Of a stretch of DNA of 64,000 bases, positions 57,146 to 64,000 are shown piece by piece. The stretch's first letter is position 1. Every line of letters starts with the position of its first letter. The notes under the pieces are model-generated. The model was not told where the DNA came from. It made no database searches and saw nothing but the letters and a program-made list of their open reading frames with translations. The stretch covers positions 14,242-78,241 of the forward strand of contig JAAZLS010000021.1 in NCBI GenBank assembly GCA_012799185.1, read 5' to 3'. A program made the translations under genes and the position numbers. The stretch comes from Bacillota bacterium. Lineage in GTDB: Bacteria > Bacillota > Dethiobacteria > DTU022.

Positions 57146-58369
57146 ATGGATAAATTGAGATTTAAAGCCCGGCTGGTTTTATGGAGCGCTGTCGCCCTCA
57201 ATATCCTAATCGGCATACTCTACATCTGGAGCATTATAAGCAAGGCTTTGATCAACGACTTAGGCTGGACAAGCAAGCAGGCCTCCCTGCCCTATACCCT
57301 GGTAACCATCTCTTTTACCTCTTTCATGGTCGTATTTGGTCGAATCCAGGATATTAAAGGGCCTCGTATGCCGGCAACCCTTTCCGGTATTCTACTGGGG
57401 GGGGGTCTAATCCTTTGTTGTTATTTCCTGACCCCGGTGGGATTACTAATCGCCTTCGGAATAATTACCGGTGCCGGGATCGGTATTGCCTATGTTTCAA
57501 CGGCCCCGGCAGCTGTAAAATGGTTTCCCCCAGAGAAAAAGGGCATGATTACCGGGACCGTTGTCGCCGGTATCGGTATTTCGGCCATAGTCTATGCCCC
57601 CATCGCCGAGGTGTTAATCCGAAACGTGGGGATCGAAAAAACCTTTTTGTATCTGGGTATTGGCGCCCTAGTGTTAATGGTTCTCTTTGCCCAGGCCATG
57701 AACAATCCCCCCCCCGGCTATATCCCTGAAAGCACAATCGCTAACAGAGAGAAAAAAAGGGCCGCTCCCGCTACCTTTGCCCGGGACGTGGAATGGAGGG
57801 AGATGTTTAAAGATATCAGCTTTTACAAACTATGGATCATGTATGCTTTTTCAACCGCGGCCGGGCTAATGATTATCGCCCATGCGGCCAAGATCGCCGA
57901 GGTGCAAATCGGCTGGGAGGGCGGTGTCTATTTAGTAATTCTACTGGCAGTTTTCAATGCGGCTGGCCGGTTCCTGGGCGGCGCTATCTCCGATAAAATC
58001 GGGCGATTGAACCTAATGCGTATCGCATTTATGTTGCAGGCTATAAATATGCTGGTCTTCTCTTTCTATTTTAATATTCCCCTGCTTGCAATCGGGATGT
58101 CTGTCGCCGGTCTCTGTTACGGGGCCTGCTTTTCGGTCTTCCCCCCGACAGTGATCGATATGTACGGGATCAAGAATTATGGCACCAATTATGGCCTAAT
58201 CATGATGGGATGGGGAATCGGCGGTGGAATAATCGGCCCGATGATGGCAGCGGCAATTTTTGATGCTTACAAGTCGTATACCATGGCCTATTTTGTTGCC
58301 TGTGCCCTGCTGATAGCAGTTTTTATCCTTACCTTTACCTTTAAGGGGACCGCCCTTGTCCGCAAATAG
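57146..58369 (+). CDS. MFS transporter (oxalate/formate-antiporter-like subfamily)
   Basis: 407-aa product with 12 TM segments. No sigma54 motif lies upstream. Confidence 0.8.
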   Translation: MDKLRFKARLVLWSAVALNILIGILYIWSIISKALINDLGWTSKQASLPYTLVTISFTSFMVVFGRIQDIKGPRMPATLSGILLGGGLILCCYFLTPVGLLIAFGIITGAGIGIAYVSTAPAAVKWFPPEKKGMITGTVVAGIGISAIVYAPIAEVLIRNVGIEKTFLYLGIGALVLMVLFAQAMNNPPPGYIPESTIANREKKRAAPATFARDVEWREMFKDISFYKLWIMYAFSTAAGLMIIAHAAKIAEVQIGWEGGVYLVILLAVFNAAGRFLGGAISDKIGRLNLMRIAFMLQAINMLVFSFYFNIPLLAIGMSVAGLCYGACFSVFPPTVIDMYGIKNYGTNYGLIMMGWGIGGGIIGPMMAAAIFDAYKSYTMAYFVACALLIAVFILTFTFKGTALVRK

Positions 58370-58439
58370 GGGTTGCGGTTGAAAGTTTAGTTTAAAATGA
58401 TATAATAATTGTCAACCAATTCTATACTGCTCCGAACCT

Positions 58440-58608
58440 TGCCACCTAACGCCGCGTCTTATGGGCCATGGTTCAAGGTCTGGGCCGGGGGAGAAATCCC
58501 CCTGCCTCCCGCATTTGGAAAGGAGGACGCCAGTGAAACCGCGTTTTCTTAAACATGGAGGCGCGGTTGTTTTTTTGGCCCCAAAATCTAAGAAAGAAGG
58601 GATAAGAA
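58440..58608 (+). promoter_or_regulatory. structured leader with intrinsic terminator (58537-58577) upstream of moaA; candidate Moco riboswitch
   Basis: GC-rich leader gggccgggggagaaatccccctgcctcccgcatttggaaaggaggacgcc, followed by aaccgcg...cgcggtt plus gttttttttg, directly before the moaA GTG start. The class assignment comes from context (upstream of moaA), not from a verified consensus match. Confidence 0.4.
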
Positions 58609-59598
58609 GTGGAGCTAATCGATTCCCAGGGACGGGTTCACGATTACTTGCGCATCTCGGTAACCGATCGTTGCAATTTGCGCTGTCTGTACTGCATGGG
58701 GCCGGAAGGGATAACCCAAATCCCCCACCAGGAGATCCTTTCTTACGAGGAGATAATCCAGGTCATAAAAACGGCGACGCCCCTGGGCATCCGGCGAATC
58801 CGCATTACCGGGGGGGAACCGTTAACCCGCAAGGGATTGCCTCGCCTGCTGGAACAGATATCCGAGATTCCCGCAATTAAAGACCTCTCCATGACTACCA
58901 ACGGCATACTGCTCCCACGCTATGCCGCAAGCCTGAAGGCGGCCGGCCTAAAACGGGTCAATATTAGCCTGGACTCCTTAAAACCGGAAAAATACCGGGC
59001 AATTACCCGTAAGGGCGACCTCTCCCAGGCCTTACGCGGGATCGATACCGCCCTGGAGCTGGGCCTAACCCCTGTTAAGATAAACACTGTCCTGATCAAA
59101 GGATTCAATGATGATGAGGTGCCGGAGCTCATAAAACTGGTCCAGGAAAAACCGGTGCACCTGCGCTTCATCGAATATATGCCTATTGGAGACCATGATC
59201 ACAACTACAGCCAACACTATCTACCCCTAAGTTTTGTGCAGGAGGCGGCCCGGGCCGCCGGACTGCCCCTCACTCCCACCGCCCCCCGGACGGGAGCCGG
59301 CCCGGCGGAATGGTTTACTATCCCCGGGGGACAGGGCACAGTCGGGCTAATTCACCCTATTAGCCGGCATTATTGCCACCACTGTAATCGCCTCCGCCTG
59401 ACTCCCGATGGTTATATCAAGACCTGCCTCTACTGGGAGCATGAGTACCCGGTTCGCCCCTGTATTAATGACCCGGAGGCGCTAACCCGGTTACTACTAA
59501 CCGCGGTTAAGGAGAAACCGGCACGCCACCTGATGCAACAAGAGACCGGCGCCAAGACCCCCCGGGCCCGGCGCTCCATGTCTAAAACCGGAGGATAA
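58609..59598 (+). CDS. moaA: GTP 3',8-cyclase MoaA
   Basis: ISVTDRCNLRCLYCMG radical-SAM motif and C-terminal Cys motif (CHHCNRLRLTPDGYIKTC). Confidence 0.9.
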   Translation: MELIDSQGRVHDYLRISVTDRCNLRCLYCMGPEGITQIPHQEILSYEEIIQVIKTATPLGIRRIRITGGEPLTRKGLPRLLEQISEIPAIKDLSMTTNGILLPRYAASLKAAGLKRVNISLDSLKPEKYRAITRKGDLSQALRGIDTALELGLTPVKINTVLIKGFNDDEVPELIKLVQEKPVHLRFIEYMPIGDHDHNYSQHYLPLSFVQEAARAAGLPLTPTAPRTGAGPAEWFTIPGGQGTVGLIHPISRHYCHHCNRLRLTPDGYIKTCLYWEHEYPVRPCINDPEALTRLLLTAVKEKPARHLMQQETGAKTPRARRSMSKTGG

Positions 59599-59640
59599 CC
59601 GGGGGTAAACTATTGGTACCAACAAGAAGGGAGAGCAGTA

Positions 59641-60621
59641 ATGCCGCCTGTTTTAATCAATATCGTTGCCGCCTGTTCGAACAGCGGAAAAACCACCCTC
59701 ATCGAAGGATTAATCCCGGAGCTGATCGCCCGGGGATTACGGGTGGCCGCCTTAAAGGGTAACATCCACCACTATACCCTGGATCTTCCCGGCAAAGATA
59801 CCTGGCGTTTTACCCGGGCCGGGGCGGAGGCGGCCGGCATGATCTCCGATGATCGCTATATTTTAACCGGGCCGGCCCCCGGTAAAAGTGGCCTGGGGAT
59901 AGTCCGCTCCTTCCTTAAAGAGCTGGACCTGATTCTAATTGAGGGAGATAAGCAGTCGACCAACCCGAAAATTGAGGTGATCCGGGGTGCACTGCAAAAC
60001 AGGCCCGTCTCTACACAAAATCTAATTGCGGTAGTCACCGACCTACCGGATTTAACCATAGAAGTACCCCGGTTCGACCTGGACGATTACCCGGGACTGG
60101 CCACATTCTTGATGGAACAGCTATTACAGCAATCTCCTCCCCGGAGAGAACTGACCCATTTTGATCCTTCGGGGAGGCCGCGGATGGTCGATGTCTCAGC
60201 TAAGCCGGAGACTACCCGGGAGGCCTACGCCCGGGGAGAGATTATCATGGCCCCGTCAACGCTGCAGCGGATCAAGGAGGGTTCCCTGGCCAAGGGGGAT
60301 GTGCTGGGGGTAGCCCAGGTAGCGGCCATCATGGCCATTAAAGAGACCGGTCGCCTGATCCCCATGGCCCATCCCCTGCCGATCGCGGGAGCGGAGGTGG
60401 AATTTAACCTCCAACCGGAGCACAACCGGGTTGAAATAGGGGTGAAGGTCCGAGTAACCGGCCAGACCGGGGTAGAGATGGAGGCGTTAACCGGGGTCAG
60501 CGTCGCCGCATTAACCATCTACGATATGTGCAAAGCCATTGACAAAGAGATGACTATTCAAAATATCCGGCTGATAGAAAAGAGAGGAGGGCGTTCTGGC
60601 CACTGGCGCCGGGAGCCGTAA
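59641..60621 (+). CDS. fusion of MobB (molybdopterin-guanine dinucleotide biosynthesis adapter, N-terminal) and MoaC (cyclic pyranopterin monophosphate synthase, C-terminal)
   Basis: N-terminal P-loop AACSNSGKTTL (MobB). C-terminal MVDVSAKPETTREA...GDVLGVAQVAAIMA (MoaC). Confidence 0.8.
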   Translation: MPPVLINIVAACSNSGKTTLIEGLIPELIARGLRVAALKGNIHHYTLDLPGKDTWRFTRAGAEAAGMISDDRYILTGPAPGKSGLGIVRSFLKELDLILIEGDKQSTNPKIEVIRGALQNRPVSTQNLIAVVTDLPDLTIEVPRFDLDDYPGLATFLMEQLLQQSPPRRELTHFDPSGRPRMVDVSAKPETTREAYARGEIIMAPSTLQRIKEGSLAKGDVLGVAQVAAIMAIKETGRLIPMAHPLPIAGAEVEFNLQPEHNRVEIGVKVRVTGQTGVEMEALTGVSVAALTIYDMCKAIDKEMTIQNIRLIEKRGGRSGHWRREP

Positions 60622-60631
60622 TCGATAATCG

Positions 60632-61555
60632 ATGGGAAAGATAGTTGCAATCTGTACCGGTCCCCGCAAGGGGGAACGTAAAACCGATATCGGCCGGGCC
60701 CGGCTAATTAAAGAACAGGGCCTGGAAGGGGATGCCCACGCCGGCTCCGCCCACCGCCAGGTCAGCCTGCTGGCCCTGGAAAGCATAGAGAAGATGCAAC
60801 GGTTGGGGTTAGAGGTCGGCCCTGGCGATTTTGCTGAAAACCTGACTACCAGGGCGATCAATCTGGTATCGCTGCCGGTAGGAACCCGGCTCGCCGTTGG
60901 AGAGGGGGCAGTACTGCGCATAACCCAGATAGGAAAGGAATGTCATCAACGTTGCACCATCTACCACCAGGCTGGCGACTGTGTCATGCCCCGGGAGGGG
61001 GTTTTTGCCGAAGTCCTGCGGGGTGGAACCGTCGCCACCGGGGACCCAATTTCCACCAGGCCCTCCTACAACTTTGCCGTCATCACCGCCAGCGACCGGG
61101 GAGCTGCGGGAGACCGGGAGGATCAAAGCGGCCCGGCAGCCTCCGCCGCCTTAAAACCCTGGGGAGATGTAACCGCACACCAAATTGTACCCGACGAATT
61201 GGAACAGCTGGCGGCCGCCCTTCGAAGGCTCGCCGACAGCAATAAGATCGATGCCATCTTTACCACCGGTGGAACCGGCCTCTCTCCCCGCGATGTAACC
61301 CCGGAGGCCACCCGGCGGGTAGTAGAGCGCCTGGTGCCGGGAATCCCGGAGGCACTACGCCGGGAGAGCGCTAAAATTACCCCCATGGCGATGCTCTCCC
61401 GGGGAGTAGCAGGGATACGGGGCAAGACCCTAATAATCAACCTGCCGGGAAGCCCCGGGGCAGTAAAGGAATACCTGCAAATTTTAGCCCCGGCCCTGGA
61501 TCACGCCCTGGAGGTCTTGACCGGCCGGGCCCGGGAATGTGCCCGCGGCGATTAA
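60632..61555 (+). CDS. fusion of a MOSC domain (N-terminal) and MogA/MoaB-type molybdopterin-binding domain (C-terminal)
   Basis: N-terminal ~150 aa are MOSC/YiiM-like with a conserved Cys. The C-terminus, AVITASDR...IFTTGGTG, is the MogA/MoaB signature. Confidence 0.7.
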   Translation: MGKIVAICTGPRKGERKTDIGRARLIKEQGLEGDAHAGSAHRQVSLLALESIEKMQRLGLEVGPGDFAENLTTRAINLVSLPVGTRLAVGEGAVLRITQIGKECHQRCTIYHQAGDCVMPREGVFAEVLRGGTVATGDPISTRPSYNFAVITASDRGAAGDREDQSGPAASAALKPWGDVTAHQIVPDELEQLAAALRRLADSNKIDAIFTTGGTGLSPRDVTPEATRRVVERLVPGIPEALRRESAKITPMAMLSRGVAGIRGKTLIINLPGSPGAVKEYLQILAPALDHALEVLTGRARECARGD

Positions 61556-63468
61556 GGCCTACCAGAGCAATATTTTGATCTGAATTGAACCGGCGAACCG
61601 CCGGCAACCCGGTCCGAGGGGTTTAACCCCAAAAGCCGGGCCGAATTAATCACCACGAAAATGGAACCGATATTGTGTAAAATCGCCCCCTGGATCGGGT
61701 TCATCCCCCCATAGCTGGAGATAATAAGGGCCACCACGTTAAAAGCGACAGCAAATATAATATTAAGATTGATGGTCCGGATCGTAGCCTTGCTTAGTTT
61801 AAGCAGATAGGGAATACGGGAGAGATTGCTGCTCATCAAGGTCACATCCGATGCCTCCATGGCCACATCGGTTCCCATTGCCCCCATGGCAATACCGATA
61901 TCGGCCGAGGCAAGGGAGGGGGCATCGTTAATGCCATCGCCGACCATGGCTACCTTATAACCGTCTCTCTGTAACCTTTCAATATAACCTAGTTTTTCTT
62001 CCGGGAGTAGATCGCAGTAATACTCTTCGATACCTATCTCCCCCGCGATATGGGCGGCGGTAGATAGATTATCCCCTGTTAAAATCTGTATTTTTTCAAT
62101 ACCCTGTTCCTGTAAGGAGTCCACCAACCGGTAGGCATCGGGGCGGATCCGATCCCTGATTAAAATAGCCCCAATGATTTGATCGTTTAATTTTACCGCC
62201 AGCGCCTTCTCCCCTTCCCCACCCCCTTGGAACCCGGGAAAGAGCTTGGCCTCCTCCGGTAACAGGGTCCCGACAAATATTTTCTTACCCCCGGCCAGCG
62301 CCTCAATTCCCAGGCCGGGTATATTGCGGTAGGTTTCCATCTCCTCCCCCGCCAGGCCCCTCTCCTTCGCCTCTTCGCTGATTGCCCGGGCCAGAGGGTG
62401 CCGGGAGTGACCCTCCGCCGCGGCGGCCATGGATAAAACCGAGTCGACCGTATGCTCCCCCCGGACAGCAATCTTGACCACCTGGGGCTCTCCCCGGGTG
62501 AGCGTACCTGTTTTATCGAAAACCACCGCTTTAATTCTAGATATTTCTTCTAAAATAGCGCCACCCTTCACCAGGATACCGTTCCGGGAGGCGTTACCGA
62601 TAGCCGAAACCACTGCCGTTGGCGAGGCTAGGATAAATGCACAGGGGCAGCCTACAATTAAAACAGTAATCGAACGATGAAGATCCCGGGTGAAGAGGTA
62701 TACCCCCAGGCTGATTAATAGAACTACCGGTGTAAACCAGCCGGCATAACGATCAGCCACCCGGAACAGGGGAGACCCCTGGTTTTCTGCCTCCCGAACC
62801 AACTGGATCAGTTTGCCCAGGACCGTTTCCCCCCCCGTCTCCTCTGCCTCTAACTCCAGCATCCCCGAATAAACCGTGGTGCCGGCAAAACCTGGATCCC
62901 CTATATTTTTTTCCACGGGCATGGATTCTCCTGTCAAGGAAGCCTGGTTTACTGAGGCAACACCCCGCACAATTTTACCATCCACCGGTATTTTATCTCC
63001 TGAACGCACGATCACCCGGTCACCTTTTACTATCTCCCCGACCGGAATATCTACCTCTACCCCCTCCCGCACCACCGCCGCCCGTTCAGGATTCAGCTGC
63101 ATCAATTTGCCGATGGCCGAGCGAGCTTTTTGGGCGGTAAACTCCTCGATTAAAGAACCGGCAGCCATGATAAGTGATATAAGGGCCGCCGATCGATATT
63201 CACCGATCGCAAGCGAGGCAATCAGGGCAATACTTACCAGCTCATCCACGTTAAGCTCCCTCTTTATAAGCCCCTGCACCGCCCCCCTAACGATAGGACC
63301 ACCCAACAAGATTACCGCCACCAGGGCCGATAGATCCGCTAAAAAAACGGAATTTAGGATATAACTAATTAAAATAAAGATGATACCTGCGGCGAGCAGG
63401 TAAAACTCCTTGGCCTGCATCAACTCCCTGTACTTGTTCAGGTTTCTATATCGACTGATCATCGCCAC
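61552..63468 (-). CDS. heavy-metal-translocating P1B-type ATPase (Cd/Zn/Co-type) without an N-terminal HMA metal-binding domain
   Basis: CPC transmembrane metal site, DKTGTLT phosphorylation motif, GDGINDAP hinge. Product is 638 aa. Confidence 0.85.
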   Translation of the reverse strand: MAMISRYRNLNKYRELMQAKEFYLLAAGIIFILISYILNSVFLADLSALVAVILLGGPIVRGAVQGLIKRELNVDELVSIALIASLAIGEYRSAALISLIMAAGSLIEEFTAQKARSAIGKLMQLNPERAAVVREGVEVDIPVGEIVKGDRVIVRSGDKIPVDGKIVRGVASVNQASLTGESMPVEKNIGDPGFAGTTVYSGMLELEAEETGGETVLGKLIQLVREAENQGSPLFRVADRYAGWFTPVVLLISLGVYLFTRDLHRSITVLIVGCPCAFILASPTAVVSAIGNASRNGILVKGGAILEEISRIKAVVFDKTGTLTRGEPQVVKIAVRGEHTVDSVLSMAAAAEGHSRHPLARAISEEAKERGLAGEEMETYRNIPGLGIEALAGGKKIFVGTLLPEEAKLFPGFQGGGEGEKALAVKLNDQIIGAILIRDRIRPDAYRLVDSLQEQGIEKIQILTGDNLSTAAHIAGEIGIEEYYCDLLPEEKLGYIERLQRDGYKVAMVGDGINDAPSLASADIGIAMGAMGTDVAMEASDVTLMSSNLSRIPYLLKLSKATIRTINLNIIFAVAFNVVALIISSYGGMNPIQGAILHNIGSIFVVINSARLLGLNPSDRVAGGSPVQFRSKYCSGRP

Positions 63469-63508
63469 TAGCCTCCGTTAAATAATTTTAATAACTGCCT
63501 TAACTACC

Positions 63509-63976
63509 TTAGAAAACTTCTGTATTAATTTTCCGCACTATTGCCGCAAAGAGTTGGATCTCCTCATCGGTAAGAATCGAAGCCATCTGCTCGGTCAGGT
63601 GTAGATGGAACTGGTGATGTTCCCGAAAGGCCTCCCACCCTTTACCGGTAAGGCTAATTAAATTAACCCTCCGGTCTTCCTTGATCGATTCTCTGACCGC
63701 ATACTCTTTCCGTTCTAACCGGTCCACGGTAACGGTGGTGGTACCGGTAGTAACCCCTAATTTTTCGGCCAGGCTCTTCATATTCATCTTCCCGTGCTGC
63801 CCTAATACCTCCAGAGCATGGGCCTCCGAAACGGTAAGATCGCTGGAACGGATCACCGAACTCTCCCAGGAGGAAAACTTGTTAAAAAAGTCTACCAACT
63901 CATCGGTTAACTCCTCGATCAGCTTCATACCAGGCAACCCCTTTAAACTTAGATTATCAAACATCTTGATTGTCAA
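63509..63976 (-). CDS. MarR-family transcriptional regulator
   Basis: 155-aa product with a winged-HTH region (MKSLAEKLGVTTGTTTVTVDRLERKEY). Confidence 0.8.
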   Translation of the reverse strand: MTIKMFDNLSLKGLPGMKLIEELTDELVDFFNKFSSWESSVIRSSDLTVSEAHALEVLGQHGKMNMKSLAEKLGVTTGTTTVTVDRLERKEYAVRESIKEDRRVNLISLTGKGWEAFREHHQFHLHLTEQMASILTDEEIQLFAAIVRKINTEVF

Positions 63977-64000
63977 ACAACATTATAATAACCTCTCACC

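Noticed and set aside
58461-58880. 139-aa plus-strand ORF upstream of and overlapping moaA
   Set aside because: It is out of frame with moaA, Gly/Pro/Arg-rich (GC-frame artefact), and spans a terminator hairpin. Interpreted as a structured leader instead.
1-64000. CRISPR arrays, IS elements/transposases, integrases, prophage or toxin-antitoxin modules
   Set aside because: I found no direct-repeat/spacer arrays, no transposase-like or integrase-like ORFs, and no flanking tRNA or inverted terminal repeats. The accessory island looks like chromosomal catabolic cargo, not an obvious mobile element.

Overview
This 64 kb window looks like chromosome from a Gram-positive, spore-forming anaerobe (Clostridia, Peptococcaceae-like; GC ~55%, many GTG starts, SpoIIP present, Bacillus-type hrcA-grpE-dnaK-dnaJ operon with a CIRCE site). 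Bases 1-40,300 are mostly housekeeping. They hold an FtsX/MacB-type ABC exporter, the heat-shock operon followed by rsmE and mtaB, spoIIP, an aconitase-family enzyme, acpS, cspA, thrC, ychF, fba, a TPP-riboswitch-controlled thiamine-precursor ABC transporter beside a thiamine pyrophosphokinase, purC, a cdaA-cdaR-glmM-glmS operon, and an AmmeMemoRadiSam system. Bases 40,500-61,600 form a coherent accessory catabolic island, and this is the main finding. It encodes two paralogous pairs of pyrogallol-phloroglucinol transhydroxylase-like molybdoenzymes: a DMSO-reductase-family alpha subunit without an N-terminal Fe-S motif, and a ferredoxin beta subunit with a C-terminal transthyretin-like domain. 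It also encodes two tandem cyclase-family (kynurenine-formamidase-like) proteins, two nitroreductase-family proteins, an SDR reductase, a cupin, a split TRAP transporter (dctQM plus a distal dctP) and two MFS transporters. Downstream lies molybdenum-cofactor biosynthesis (moaA, a mobB-moaC fusion, a MOSC-mogA fusion) behind a probable riboswitch/attenuator. Seven near-identical sigma54 (-24/-12) promoters, TGGCA[T/C]-N5-TTGCA[T/A], sit in front of every catabolic and transport transcription unit. No sigma54 enhancer-binding protein is encoded in the window. I interpret the island as a sigma54-controlled regulon for anaerobic trihydroxybenzene catabolism (pyrogallol or hydroxyhydroquinone to phloroglucinol, then reductive ring cleavage). 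As far as I know this combination has not been described. Other items worth a second look: an unclassified structured leader with an intrinsic terminator ahead of a 65-aa membrane protein, a motif (CACGGGGAYRTTT) recurring at three intergenic loci (four copies), and 33-bp tandem repeats upstream of the AmmeMemoRadiSam operon.
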